Source: an uncultured delta proteobacterium (GTDB taxonomy: Bacteria; Desulfobacterota; Syntrophia; Syntrophales; UBA2192). Taken from it: DNA of 64,000 bases. Each line of letters starts with the position of its first letter. Positions within the stretch are counted from its first letter, which is position 1. The DNA is taken from the NCBI GenBank assembly GCA_963705165.1, contig CAVPJD010000017.1, forward strand, positions 32,593 through 96,592, read 5' to 3'. The position numbers and the translations under genes were made by a program. Positions 37,120-48,047 of the stretch are shown in pieces. The notes beneath the pieces were generated by a model. It did not search any database. It was not told where the DNA came from and saw only the letters and a program-made list of their open reading frames with translations.

Positions 37120-38088
37120 TTACTTAATCACGCCCTTCTCCTTGTAGTACTTGATGACCCCGGGGTGCAGCGGGATCGAGAAACCGTTAATGGCCGTCTT
37201 GAGATCGATGGTCTTGCCCTTCTCGTGGACCTTGGCCACCTCGGCCTTCTTGTCGAAGAGGGTCTTGATCATATTGTAGACGAGCTCGTCGGGCAGCTCG
37301 GCCTGCACGCACAGGGTGGCCAGCGACCCCGTCGTCAGGACGTCATAGTCGATGCCCTTGTAGGTCCCCTTGGGGATGACCGTCGCGGCGGAGAAGAAGG
37401 GGTACTTCTTGACGATCTGGTCGATGTTGGCCCGGTCGATCGAAAGGATGGCGATCTTGTGCTGCGAGCCGATGTCGATGATGCTCGAGTTCGGCGCGCC
37501 GGCGTCGACCATGACGGCGTCGACCTGCCCGTCCTTCAGAAGCTCCATGGCGGGGCCGTAGGCCAGGTACTGGGCCTTGATGTCGCTGAAGGGAATGCCG
37601 TAGCTCTCGAGGACGATCTTCATGTTGAGAACGCTCGAGCTGCCCTGGATCCCGCAAGCCACCTTCTTGCCCTTGAGGTCCTTGTAGGATTTGATTCCTG
37701 AGTCGGCCTTGACGACCGTCTGGATCGTGTTGGGGTACAGGGCGATAAAGCCCCGGATGTTCGTGACCGGGCCGCTCTTGAAATACTCCTCGCCCCTGTA
37801 GGCCCAGTCGGCCACGAGCGACTCGACGAAGCCGATCTCCATGGTCTTGTTCTTGATGTGGCGGGCGTTCTCCACGGAACCGCCCGTTGCCTCGGCCGCA
37901 ACGTTGAGACCGATGCCCGCGTTGGTCCAGACCTTGGAAATCGCCACCCCGAGGGGGTAGTAGGTGCCGCTCATGGCCCCCGTCCCGAAGGAGATGTTCT
38001 TCGTCTGTGCATGGCCGACACCGCCCCATCCCAGGGCGATCACGACGGCCGCCATCAGGCAAACTGCTGTCATCTTGTTCAAACGCAT
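37120..38088 (-). CDS. TAXI-family TRAP solute-binding protein
   Basis: Signal peptide; TGAMSGTYYPLG, TGGSVEN, DLKGKKV, IPKGTY, PLHPG. Confidence 0.93.
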   Translation of the reverse strand: MRLNKMTAVCLMAAVVIALGWGGVGHAQTKNISFGTGAMSGTYYPLGVAISKVWTNAGIGLNVAAEATGGSVENARHIKNKTMEIGFVESLVADWAYRGEEYFKSGPVTNIRGFIALYPNTIQTVVKADSGIKSYKDLKGKKVACGIQGSSSVLNMKIVLESYGIPFSDIKAQYLAYGPAMELLKDGQVDAVMVDAGAPNSSIIDIGSQHKIAILSIDRANIDQIVKKYPFFSAATVIPKGTYKGIDYDVLTTGSLATLCVQAELPDELVYNMIKTLFDKKAEVAKVHEKGKTIDLKTAINGFSIPLHPGVIKYYKEKGVIK

Positions 38089-38169
38089 CTCGGTATAACC
38101 TCCTTTTTGGAATTTCCGTTTTCCCGGCAAACCCGGGAGCTTATGCTGCGTCGTTTCAAATCCTTCCCG

Positions 38170-40092
38170 TCAGGCGGCAGGCGCCGCCTGCATTCTCTTT
38201 GCGTCCTTGCGCTGCAGGAAATAAACGGCCGCCAGGATGGCAAGCCCCATCAGGTCCGTCACCCACCCGGGGGTGATGAGCAGGATGCCCGCGGCCAGCA
38301 GGGCGAAGCGCTCCCAGGGAACACACTTCCGGTAGAGATAATTCCCCACAAAGGCCGAAAGTGCAATGACGGAAAACGTTGTCGAGGGGACCATCATGGC
38401 GATCTCCTCCCAGGGCCCCTCGAGGACCAGCCCGGGATAGTAGACGAAGAGGAAGGGGACGATGAAGCCCACGATCACGTTTCGGGTGGCGATCCAGCCC
38501 GTCTCCATGGGGTCCCCTTTGGCGATCCCCGCCGCCGTGTAGGCCGCCAGGGCCACCGGGGGCGTGATGTCGGCGTAAACGCCGAAGTAGAAGACAAACA
38601 GGTGGGCATGAAGCACGGGCATCCCCAGGGCCACGAGGGCCGGCGCCGCCACGGAGGCCTGGACGATATAGTTGGCCGTCGTCGGCAGGGCCATGCCGAG
38701 GATCAGCGAGGCGATTGCGGTGAAAATGAGGGCAAAAATGAGGTGTCCCTGGGCGAGCTGTTCGATGAGGGTCGAGAACTTGATGCCGAGGCCCGTCATG
38801 CTGACGGTGCCCACGATGATGCCGGCGCAGGCGCATGCCGCGGCGATCCCCACGGTGTTCCGCCCGGCCGCAACCAGCACCTCCCAGAAGACCTTCGGCC
38901 CGATCCTTGTTGCGGCCTTGAAGAGCCCCACGACAAGCAGGATACCCATACCCGAGAAGGCAGCCCGGGCGGGGCTGTAGCCCAGGGTGAGAACGACGAC
39001 GAGGACGATGACGGGGATGATGAAGATCCAGCCTTCGAGCAGGACCGCCGAGGTCTTCGGAATCTCATCCTCGGGCATTCCCTGCAGGCCCGTGCGGCAG
39101 GCCTCGAAGTGGACGTTCATGTAGACGCTCAGGTAAAAGAGGCAAGCCGGCACGATGGTCATGATCACGATGGTGAGGTAGGGCGTGTTGGTGAACTCGG
39201 ACATGATGAAGGCCGCCGCCCCCAGGATGGGGGGCATGATCTGGCCGCCCGTGGAGGCCGCCGCCTCGACGGCGCCGGCAAACTCGGGCCGGTAGCCGCA
39301 GCGCTTCATCAGCGGGATCGTGAAGGTGCCCGTCGTGGCCACATTCGCGATGCTGCTTCCCGAGATCATCCCCATGAGCCCGCTGGAGAGGACGGCGATC
39401 TTTGCCGGACCGCCTTTCAGCCGGCCCGCGAGCGACACGGCCAGATTGATGAAGAAGGCCCCGCCGCCGCCCTTTTCGAGGAAGGCCCCGAAGAGGATGA
39501 AGAGAAAGACGATCGTCACGACGACGCCTATGGGAATGCCGAAGATGCCTTCCGTCGTGACGTACATCTGGTTGAGGATCCGGTGGATGTCGTATCCCCG
39601 GTGGCCGAAGTCGCCGGGTATCTGATTGCCGAAATAGGCGTAAAGGAGAAACAGGCTCGTAACGATCGGCAGGGGCCAGCCGATGGCGCGCCTTGTGGCG
39701 TCGAGGACCATGACCACGCAAAACCCGGCCAGGACCTGGTCGAGCATCGTGAGATCGCCCATGCGGTTGACGAGGTCCTCGAAGTCCCAGACGACGTAGC
39801 CGCAGACCACGACGGCAAGCCCAGCCCAGAGCCAGTCGACCCAGGCGAGGGACCTGTTCTTCGGGAAAAGGGGGTAGGTAATGAAGATGACAAAGAGGCT
39901 CAGCATCAGGACGGCGGCCCGCTGGATCATCGCCGGCAGGGGAAAGTGAAGCATCGTGGCGATGATGAACAGCGAAATACACGCCCCGGCCACGCTGACA
40001 AGGCCCCGCAGGACCTTGTTGCTCTCGTCGAAGGTCGTTGCCTTCTCCTCGGAGCCGATGATTTCGTTGGGGACTTCCGGGAGGTTTGACAT
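38170..40092 (-). CDS. TRAP transporter fused permease (4TM/12TM)
   Basis: EGIFGIP, GGPAK, SGSSIANV.TGTFTIP, ASTGGQIMPP, DITPPVAL. Confidence 0.95.
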   Translation of the reverse strand: MSNLPEVPNEIIGSEEKATTFDESNKVLRGLVSVAGACISLFIIATMLHFPLPAMIQRAAVLMLSLFVIFITYPLFPKNRSLAWVDWLWAGLAVVVCGYVVWDFEDLVNRMGDLTMLDQVLAGFCVVMVLDATRRAIGWPLPIVTSLFLLYAYFGNQIPGDFGHRGYDIHRILNQMYVTTEGIFGIPIGVVVTIVFLFILFGAFLEKGGGGAFFINLAVSLAGRLKGGPAKIAVLSSGLMGMISGSSIANVATTGTFTIPLMKRCGYRPEFAGAVEAAASTGGQIMPPILGAAAFIMSEFTNTPYLTIVIMTIVPACLFYLSVYMNVHFEACRTGLQGMPEDEIPKTSAVLLEGWIFIIPVIVLVVVLTLGYSPARAAFSGMGILLVVGLFKAATRIGPKVFWEVLVAAGRNTVGIAAACACAGIIVGTVSMTGLGIKFSTLIEQLAQGHLIFALIFTAIASLILGMALPTTANYIVQASVAAPALVALGMPVLHAHLFVFYFGVYADITPPVALAAYTAAGIAKGDPMETGWIATRNVIVGFIVPFLFVYYPGLVLEGPWEEIAMMVPSTTFSVIALSAFVGNYLYRKCVPWERFALLAAGILLITPGWVTDLMGLAILAAVYFLQRKDAKRMQAAPAA

Positions 40093-40223
40093 GGGGTTTC
40101 CTTCTCGGACCAGGCGGCTCCTGTCCCGGATTCCTCATCCGGGGCGAGAGACGGGTTCTCTTTCTGTATTCTGTATACAGGCTCCTGCGCCGCGCGGTCA
40201 TGCTCCCGGGGCGGGGACCTGTC

Positions 40224-41002
40224 TTAAATCGCGTCAGGTCTGTAAAGTCCCGGTCCGGGCCTTTTCGCCGGTGTCATGGGTCGCAGCCCTGTGCAGGGCC
40301 CAATCAGGCTTAGCAGGTGTCGCTGCACGGCTTCCTTCGCCCTGCCGGTGTCGCGATCCTGAAGCGCTTTCAGGATATCCGCATGCTCCTGGTCCGTTGT
40401 GGGGTTCTTGCCCCTGCGATGGAAGAGTCGAAAGCGGCCGATCTGCATATTGGCGTTGAGATTCTTTACCATGGTCAGGAGCCGCTGATTCCCCAGGATA
40501 CGGAAAAAGAGAAGGTGGAATTCACTGTCGCATTCGATGAATGCCCGGTAGCTCTCCACATCATTCTCCCGGATTTCCATGGAAATCATTCTCCCGTAGA
40601 ACTGGCGAACAGGGACAGTTGATCATCGGTCAGTCCCGCCGTGACGGCCTCCACGGCGGCCGTTTCAAGGATCAGGCGCGTCTGCAGGATCTCGTGGATA
40701 TCGTCCTGGGTCACGTCTTTTACATAGGTTCCTTTGCGCGGCGCGATCTCGACGAGACCTTCACCTGCCAGCTTGAACAGTGCGTCTTTGATCGGCGTGT
40801 GGCTCACACCCAGTTTCTCGCTGAGCTGATTCAGGTTCAGGTTGTATCCGGGAGGATAATTAAAATTCATGATGTTCGTCTTGATGTAGCTGTAGACCTT
40901 CTCGTTGATGTTGCTCACATCGATCAATGTCGAATGCTCTTCGGCGGCCATACTGTCATCCCCCCTGGATCCGTCGAAATCCTCTTTGCCTTTATCGTCC
41001 AT
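40224..41002 (-). CDS. GntR/FCD transcriptional regulator; frameshift at ~40590-40620, ends uncertain
   Basis: LSEKLGVSHTPIKDAL..L..EGLV...PRKG.YV; FCD motifs DSEFH...GN and EHADILKAL in the next frame. Confidence 0.85.
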
Positions 41003-41025
41003 GCTGCCTTCAGGTCACAAAAAAC

Positions 41026-41233
41026 ATCTGATATCTTGAAGTCTGAAATTCCAGATTATCGTAACTTGTTAGCAGGTTAGTCACTGAAATCAAGCGCTTT
41101 TTGGCCACCTATTTAAACGAGGGGATAATAAGTAATAATATCATGTATATAAAACTATGAATTATTTTCCGGAAAAAAAATCCTTGACAACGAACATTTG
41201 GAGTGTATCAAGTGAATGAATGAAAATTTCAGA
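41026..41233. promoter_or_regulatory. Divergent control region with putative GntR operators
   Basis: Near-palindrome TCTGAAATTCCAGA (41042-41055), related TGAAAATTTCAGA (41221-41233), and a TTGACA box near 41184. Confidence 0.5.
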
Positions 41234-41290
41234 TTGATGATTTCTGTTTGGCCATCGCAGACCTGAAAGCACAGGAAAGGAGACAGGCCA

Positions 41291-42291
41291 TTGCAATTTC
41301 AGGTACTTATGATTGAGCAGATCTCTCCGGTGGGGATCGAAATGCTGGAAAAGGCGACGAAGGTCGTTATCGCCCCGTCGCCCTCCGATGCCGATCTTCT
41401 ACCCCTCATCGGTGATGCCGACGCCCTTCTCATCCGCAGCACCAACCTCACCATCCCCGTCATGGAAGCAGGCCGAAAGCTCAAGGTTATCGGCCGGCAC
41501 GGGATCGGTCTGGACAACATCGACCTCCCCTCCGCCACAGGCCTGGGGATCCAGGTGGTCAACACGCCCGGGGCCAACACCAACGCCGTTGCCGAGCATG
41601 CCCTCTGGGCGATGATGCACTGCGCGAAGAACTTCAACCGCGCAGAGCAGGCCCTGAGAGAAGGGAAATTCTCCGTCGCCGGCTCGCTTCCGGGGCTCGT
41701 GCAGAAGTTCGGTTACAGCACCCTCGAGCTCAAGGCAAAGACCTTGGGCCTCGTCGGGTTCGGCCGGATCGCCCGCAGGCTCTCGGAGCTTGCCCGCTGC
41801 CTGCATAGGGATATCAAGGCCTACGACCCTTCCTTTTCCCCGATGAAGCCTTCAAGGCCTTTGCCGTCCGTCGGGTCCGCACCGTCGACGAGGCAATCAG
41901 GGACTCCGACTTCGTCTCCCTCCACGTTCCTTATATGAAGAATACGCACCACCTCATCGGAGCGAGGGAACTCGCCCTCATGAAGCAGGAGGCCTTCCTC
42001 CTCAACACATCCCGGGGAGGAATTGTCGACGAGGCGGCCCTCTTCAGGGCTTTGCTGGAAAAGAAAATCGCCGGGGCGGCCCTGGACGTCTTCGAGAAGG
42101 AGCCGCCTCCCGCGGATCTTCCCTTCTTCGGCCTCGAGAACGCGGTAGTGACGCCGCACATGGCCGCCATGACGGACGTGGCGCTGATCAACATGGCCCG
42201 CGATGCCTCCCAGGGGATCCTCGACGCCCTCGAGGGGAAAAGGCCCGAATTCCTGGCAAACCCGGAGGTATGGGAGAAGCGAAGGCGCTAA
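41291..42291 (+). CDS. D-isomer-specific 2-hydroxyacid dehydrogenase (SerA-like); frameshift at ~41830-41840
   Basis: RHGIGLDNID, NTPGAN..AVAEH, GFGRIA, SLHVP, NTSRG, LDVFEKEP, TPHMAA. Confidence 0.88.
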
Positions 42292-42526
42292 TAAAAAGAG
42301 GATCAGGGTCAGGGTATAAAGTCATCGGGTGGGCAAGATGGTTCAAGAGACAAGGCAAGGCAACAAATAAATAGAAATTCCCCTTCCACCTGATTCGCTT
42401 CGGGGGGGGGAAGGAACGAACCAAACATGGTTGCGCCTCTTACGGGAGGCACCCCGGTCCCCCTTTGAAAAATGGGGAAAGAGGGGGATTTCACAGACAA
42501 CATATTTCAGAGGAAGGACAGGAGCT

Positions 42527-43669
42527 TTGGCAAAAGAAATCAGATTGATGCAGGGCAATCAAGCCATTGCGGAAGGGGCGATCTACGCCGGGGCCAGGTT
42601 CTATGCCGGCTACCCGATCACGCCATCGTCCGAAATCGCCGAAGAGTGTTCGAAGAAACTGCCGAAGCTGGGCGGCGTCTACATCCAGATGGAGGATGAA
42701 ATCGCATCGATTGCCGCGGTCATAGGCGCATCCTTGGCAGGCGCCAAGGCTTTTACGGCAACGAGCGGTCCCGGCTTCTCTCTCATGCAGGAAAATCTGG
42801 GGCTCGCTGTCATGGGCGAAGTCCCCTGCGTGATTGTCGATGTCCAGCGGTCGGGACCGAGTACGGGGCTGGCGACAAGACCCGCCCAATCGGACATCAT
42901 GCAGATCCGCTGGGGTCGCCACGGCGACCAGTCCGTCATTGCGCTTTGCCCGGCAAGCGTCAGTGAATGTTTCACCATGACGGTTACGGCCTTCAATTTC
43001 GCCGAACGCTACCGGGTCCCCGTCGTCATCATGACCGACGAGATCGTGGGCCACATGAGGGAAAATGTTGAGGTGCCTGCTCTGGGCGAGTTGGAGGTGA
43101 TCGACCGCAAGGCTCCGTCCGTAACGCCGGCAGAATACAAGCCCTTCAAGACCGACGAGGACGGGATCGCCCCCCTGGCCGCCTATGGAGGTGACCATGT
43201 ATTCCACGTCTCGAGCTCCATGCACGGCCTCGACGGATACAGCAACAACGATCCGGCCAATGCCGCCTGGCGGGTGAGGCAGCTCCACGAGAAGATCGAC
43301 AACAACCGCGACAAGATCGTACTGACGCGATCCTTCTATACCGATGACATGGACGTGCTGCTCATCACGTTGGGCGCCACGACTCGCTCGGGTCGCGCCG
43401 CGGCCCTCCAGGCCCGCAAGCAGGGGGTCAAGGCCGGCGTGCTGCAACTCCAGACCGTATGGCCCTTCCCGGACCGGGAGGTCGCCGAACTGGCCCGGCG
43501 CGTGAAAACCATTGTCGTGCCGGAGATGAACTACAGCGGCCAGATCGCAGGCGAGGTCCGCAAGGCCGTCGGCCCCGAGATGGATCTCAGGAGAGTCAAC
43601 AAATACAACGGGACGATCATCACCCCCCAGGAGATCCTGGCCGTGATGCTCGGGCCTTCGGCCAAGTAG
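42527..43669 (+). CDS. korA: 2-oxoacid:ferredoxin oxidoreductase alpha subunit
   Basis: GYPITPSSE, QMEDE, TATSGPG, QRSGPSTG. Confidence 0.9.
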   Translation: MAKEIRLMQGNQAIAEGAIYAGARFYAGYPITPSSEIAEECSKKLPKLGGVYIQMEDEIASIAAVIGASLAGAKAFTATSGPGFSLMQENLGLAVMGEVPCVIVDVQRSGPSTGLATRPAQSDIMQIRWGRHGDQSVIALCPASVSECFTMTVTAFNFAERYRVPVVIMTDEIVGHMRENVEVPALGELEVIDRKAPSVTPAEYKPFKTDEDGIAPLAAYGGDHVFHVSSSMHGLDGYSNNDPANAAWRVRQLHEKIDNNRDKIVLTRSFYTDDMDVLLITLGATTRSGRAAALQARKQGVKAGVLQLQTVWPFPDREVAELARRVKTIVVPEMNYSGQIAGEVRKAVGPEMDLRRVNKYNGTIITPQEILAVMLGPSAK

Positions 43670-43682
43670 AAAGGAGGCAACC

Positions 43683-44501
43683 GTGTCACACGCAACGGGA
43701 GTCAAATACTTGAAAGGCGGGATCCTCCCGCACATGTGGTGTTCGGGCTGCGGCATCGGCACCATGCTCGGGGCCCTGCTTCGGGCCTTCGAGGAGCTCA
43801 ACTTCGCCAACACCGACACGGTCGTCGTGACCGGCATCGGCTGCACGGGCAAAGCGGACGACTACATGATCACCAATGCCCTGCACACGACCCACGGCCG
43901 CGCCCTGGCCTACGCCACGGGCATCAAGGCCTACAACCCGAAGCTCAACGTGGTTGTCCTCATGGGCGACGGCGACGGCGTCACCATCGGCGGCAACCAC
44001 TTCATCCACGCGGCCCGGCGCAACATGGATCTCACCGCCATCATCCTCAACAACCTCAACTTCGGCATGACGGGCGGCCAGGTATCGGGGACGACACCGG
44101 CCCAGCGATTCACGAGCACGACGGCCTACGGAAACCCCGAGCGGGATTTCGACATCTGCGCCCTGGCCGAGGTGGCGGGGGCGAATTACGTGGCCCGCTG
44201 CACGCCCTACCACGGCTGGGAGATGAAGGAGAACATGAAGGAGGCCCTCACGAAGAAGGGCTTCTCCGTCGTCGAGGTCGTGAGCCCCTGCCCCACCCAC
44301 TTCGGGCGCCACAACGAGATGAAGGAAACCGCCGACATGCTCCACTGGCTGAGGGACCGGGCCATCGCCGTCGACGAGTACCGACGCCTGCCGGAGGAGA
44401 TGCGAAAGGACCGCATGCCCATCGGCACGCTGGTCTCGAAAGATTTCCCGGACTTCAACACCCAATACGAGCTCGTCAAGGCCCGGGCACAGAAAGGCTG
44501 A
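43683..44501 (+). CDS. korB: 2-oxoacid:ferredoxin oxidoreductase beta subunit
   Basis: WCSGCG, GIGC, HGRA, GDGD, GMTGGQ, SPCPT. Confidence 0.9.
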   Translation: MSHATGVKYLKGGILPHMWCSGCGIGTMLGALLRAFEELNFANTDTVVVTGIGCTGKADDYMITNALHTTHGRALAYATGIKAYNPKLNVVVLMGDGDGVTIGGNHFIHAARRNMDLTAIILNNLNFGMTGGQVSGTTPAQRFTSTTAYGNPERDFDICALAEVAGANYVARCTPYHGWEMKENMKEALTKKGFSVVEVVSPCPTHFGRHNEMKETADMLHWLRDRAIAVDEYRRLPEEMRKDRMPIGTLVSKDFPDFNTQYELVKARAQKG

Positions 44502-44517
44502 AGGAAAGGTGCATCGC

Positions 44518-45054
44518 ATGACAGACGAAAAGAGACATTTTGAGGTCATCCTCGCAGGCACCGGCGGACAGGGCCTGATCCTCTCGGGCATCCTGCTGGC
44601 CGAGGCGGCGATCCTTGAGGGGAAAAACGTAGCCCAGACGCAGTCCTACGGCATCGCCAGCCGCGGCGGCCTGTCGCTTGCCGAGGTCATCATCGATACC
44701 GAGGAGATCATCTTCCAGCAGGTCCAGAACCCGGACTGCATCCTCGCGCTGACGGAGGAGGCCGCCAAGAAGTACGAGGCCTGGGCCGCCAAAGGCGTGC
44801 CGATCCTCTACGACAGCACCCTGGCGAATGCCCGGACGGCCCCCAGCTTTACGGGCTATGCCTTCACCCAGACGGCAAGCGATCTGGGAAGCGAGGGAAG
44901 CGTCAACATCCTCGCCCTGGGAACCGTGGCCGCCAAGACGGGCGCCGTGAAAATGGAAACCCTGGAGCAGATGATCCGCAAGCGCTTCAAGGGCGCGGCT
45001 GTCGAGATGAACCTGAAGGTCCTGGCGGCCGGCCGTGATCTGGCGGCCCGCTAG
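44518..45054 (+). CDS. korC: 2-oxoacid:ferredoxin oxidoreductase gamma subunit
   Basis: GTGGQG, SYG..SRGG.S, NILALG, MNLK. Confidence 0.9.
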   Translation: MTDEKRHFEVILAGTGGQGLILSGILLAEAAILEGKNVAQTQSYGIASRGGLSLAEVIIDTEEIIFQQVQNPDCILALTEEAAKKYEAWAAKGVPILYDSTLANARTAPSFTGYAFTQTASDLGSEGSVNILALGTVAAKTGAVKMETLEQMIRKRFKGAAVEMNLKVLAAGRDLAAR

Positions 45055-45097
45055 TTCAACCTCGCAACCCAGTCGATCGCAAGAAAGGAGTCCTACG

Positions 45098-46717
45098 GTG
45101 GGCGTTGTGAACACCCGAAAAAATAAGATGGCACCGTGCCAGGAGGCCTGCCCGGCCGGCATCGATGTGCCGCGCTATATCCGAGCCATCCGGGAGGGCC
45201 GCTTCGAAGAAGCCCTGGCCGTCATCCGGGAAAGAATCCCCTTCCCCTTCGTCTGCGGGTACGCCTGCGTGCACCCCTGCGAGGCGAAGTGCTCGCGCAA
45301 CCAGTTCGAAGGCCCCGTGGCGATCCGCATGCTCAAGCGCATCGCGGCGGAAAAAGGCTGGAAAAAGCAGCCCAAGCCTGTCAGCATGAGCCCCACAGGC
45401 AGGAAGGCGGCCGTCATCGGCTCGGGACCGGCTGGACTTACGGCGGCGTACTACCTCACCCTGCAGGGACACGACGTGACCGTCTTCGAGGCCCTGCCTG
45501 AGGCGGGAGGCATGCTGCGCTACGGCATCCCCGGTTACAGGCTGCCCGACGAGATCGTGGACCGCGACATCAAGGTCATCGAGGACTGCGGGGTCAGGAT
45601 CCGCACGAAAAAGAAGATCGATTCCGCCGAGGCCCTCCTGGACAAGGGGTTTGAGGCCGTTTTCGTGGCCTCGGGGGCCTGGCGCGGCCTGAAGATGGGG
45701 ATTGCGGGCGAGGACGGCCCGGGGGTGCTCGACGGCCTCACCTTCCTCAAGGCCGTCAATTCGGACAAGGCGCCCCGCATCGGCAACAGGGTCATCGTCG
45801 TGGGCGGGGGAAACACCGCCATCGACGCCGCCCGCGCAAGCCGCAGGCTCGGCGCCGACGTGACGATCCTCTACCGGCGCACCCGCGCGGAGATGCCCGC
45901 GGCCGCCGCCGAGATCGAAGAAGCCCTCGAGGAGGGCGTGACCGTCGAATTCCTGACGGCGCCCGTACGCATCGAGAAAGGCGCCGTAACGTGCATCCGC
46001 ATGGCCCTCGGGCAGCCGGATGCCAGCGGCCGCCCGCGGCCCGTTCCCGTGAAGGGAAGCGACTACACCCTGGAGGCCAAAACGGTCGTCATGGCCGTGG
46101 GCCAGGAAGTGGATGTACCGGCGGAAACCCTCAAGCGCAACAAGAACGGGACGATTGCAGTCAATGCCGACACCCTCGCCACTTCGGCCAGAGGAATCTT
46201 CGCCGGCGGAGACGCCGCGACGGGGCCCGCCTCCATTATCGCGGCCATCGGCCAGGGCCGAAAGGCAAGCGTTGCCATCGACCGGTTCCTGGGCGGGACG
46301 GGCGTCATCGACCGGCTCACCGACAGCGCAGCCCTTACGGATCCGCCCGAAGAGGCGCCACGGGGCACCCCCCGGGCCGCAGCCAGGACGGCATCCCCCC
46401 AAAAGCGGCTGGGCGATTTCGAGATCGTGGAAAAGGTCTATGACCCGGCCACGGCCATGCAGGAGGCCGGGCGCTGCCTGTCCTGCGATCTGCGGGAGTT
46501 CGACGTGACGGTGAACGAGGTGGCCTGCAAGGACTGCGGGTACTGCCGCGAGGTATGCGGGCTGGAGATCTTCGCGCAGTCCGACCGGTTCAACCCCGGC
46601 GGCTACCGGCCCACCGTGGCGGCACAGGCCGAGCGGTGCATCGGCTGCCTGAAATGCCTCTATATCTGCCCGGATTTCGCGATTACGGTCAAGGATCATC
46701 GGAAACCCGGGCGATGA
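45098..46717 (+). CDS. GltD/NfnB-like FAD/NAD(P) oxidoreductase fused to a C-terminal 2x[4Fe-4S] ferredoxin
   Basis: PCQEACP, CGYACVHPCE..C.R, IGSGPAGL, GGGNTAID, RRT, FAGGD, RCLSC, CKDCGYC...C, CIGCLKC...CP. Confidence 0.9.
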   Translation: MGVVNTRKNKMAPCQEACPAGIDVPRYIRAIREGRFEEALAVIRERIPFPFVCGYACVHPCEAKCSRNQFEGPVAIRMLKRIAAEKGWKKQPKPVSMSPTGRKAAVIGSGPAGLTAAYYLTLQGHDVTVFEALPEAGGMLRYGIPGYRLPDEIVDRDIKVIEDCGVRIRTKKKIDSAEALLDKGFEAVFVASGAWRGLKMGIAGEDGPGVLDGLTFLKAVNSDKAPRIGNRVIVVGGGNTAIDAARASRRLGADVTILYRRTRAEMPAAAAEIEEALEEGVTVEFLTAPVRIEKGAVTCIRMALGQPDASGRPRPVPVKGSDYTLEAKTVVMAVGQEVDVPAETLKRNKNGTIAVNADTLATSARGIFAGGDAATGPASIIAAIGQGRKASVAIDRFLGGTGVIDRLTDSAALTDPPEEAPRGTPRAAARTASPQKRLGDFEIVEKVYDPATAMQEAGRCLSCDLREFDVTVNEVACKDCGYCREVCGLEIFAQSDRFNPGGYRPTVAAQAERCIGCLKCLYICPDFAITVKDHRKPGR

Positions 46718-46825
46718 AGACCCTTCGGCGAAACTTCTCATTGAGGCCGGTTCGAAGTCGGCATCCCCGGAGGGAGTCAAAGCCCCTTCGAGATTCCTCA
46801 ACCCGAACCCGCAAGGAGACGTAAC

Positions 46826-47986
46826 ATGAACTTCGAATTACCCGATGAGTTGAAGATGCTGAGAGACACGGTGCGCGACTTCGCCGCCGAGAAGATCGCC
46901 CCCTTTGCCGAGGAGTGGGACCACAAGTCCTACTTCCCCTACAAGGAGGCGATCAAGCCCATGGGCGAGCTGGGATTTTTCGGCACCGTCATCCCCGAGG
47001 AGTACGGCGGAAACGGCATGGGGTGGCTGGCGGCCATCATCATCACCGAGGAGATCGCCCGGGCCTCGAGCGCGCTTCGCGTCCAGGTGAACATGAACGA
47101 GCTGGGCTGCGCCTACACGATCCTGCGCTACGGCACCGACGAGGCGAAGAAGAACTACATTGAAAAGCTCGTCAACGCCGACTACATGGGCTCCTTCGGC
47201 ATCACGGAGCCCCAGGCGGGCTCGGACATCATGGCGATCAAGTCCACCGCCGAGGACAAGGGCGATCACTGGCTGCTCAACGGCACCAAGACCTGGATCT
47301 CGAATGCCAACTGCGCCGACGTCAACATCTTCTACGCCTACACCAGCGTGGGCGGCAAGAGGGAGCTGTCGGCCTTCGTCGTGGAGCTCAAGAACTTCAA
47401 CGGGATCACGGTGACGGATCTCGAGAAGATGGGCTCGCACTGCTCGCCCACGGGCGAGATCGTGCTGGAGAACACGAAGGTGCCCAAGGGCAACATCCTG
47501 GGCAAGCCCGGCGACGGGGCAAAGATCGTCTTCGGCTCGCTCTCGCAGACGCGCCTGTCGGCTGCAGCCGGCGGCATCGGCGTGGCCCAGGCCTGCCTGG
47601 ACATCGTGACCAAGTACGCCATGGAGCGCGAGCAGTTCGGCAAGCCCATCGGCACGTTCCAGATGAACCAGGACATGATCGCCCAGATGATGGCCGACAT
47701 CGAAGCGGCCCGGCTCGTGGTCTACAAGGCGGCCTGGCAGAAGGACCAGGGCCAGCTGTTGAACAATGTGGAAGTGGCCATGGCGAAGTACCTGGCCGGC
47801 GAGCTTTGCTACAAGTGCTCGCAGTACGCCATGAAGATCCTCGGGGCCTACGGCTACTCGCCGGAGTACCCCGTGGCCCGGATCTTCCGCGACGCCCCGA
47901 CCTACGCCATGGTCGAGGGCTCCACCAACATCTGCAAGTTCATCATGGCCCAGGACCAGCTGGGGATCCGGAAAGCAAACCGCTGA
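46826..47986 (+). CDS. acd: Glutaryl-CoA dehydrogenase, non-decarboxylating type
   Basis: Acyl-CoA dehydrogenase motifs plus stretches I recall from the Desulfococcus multivorans enzyme (PMGELGFFGTVIPEEYGG, SSALRVQ, FQMNQDMIAQM, MVEGS, RKANR end); adjacent to decarboxylase subunits. Confidence 0.85.
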   Translation: MNFELPDELKMLRDTVRDFAAEKIAPFAEEWDHKSYFPYKEAIKPMGELGFFGTVIPEEYGGNGMGWLAAIIITEEIARASSALRVQVNMNELGCAYTILRYGTDEAKKNYIEKLVNADYMGSFGITEPQAGSDIMAIKSTAEDKGDHWLLNGTKTWISNANCADVNIFYAYTSVGGKRELSAFVVELKNFNGITVTDLEKMGSHCSPTGEIVLENTKVPKGNILGKPGDGAKIVFGSLSQTRLSAAAGGIGVAQACLDIVTKYAMEREQFGKPIGTFQMNQDMIAQMMADIEAARLVVYKAAWQKDQGQLLNNVEVAMAKYLAGELCYKCSQYAMKILGAYGYSPEYPVARIFRDAPTYAMVEGSTNICKFIMAQDQLGIRKANR

Positions 47987-48047
47987 GCCGTACTGCCTTC
48001 CCGGCGCCCGCAAAGCACGGAGAGAACCGCCAAACAGGAGAAACGGA

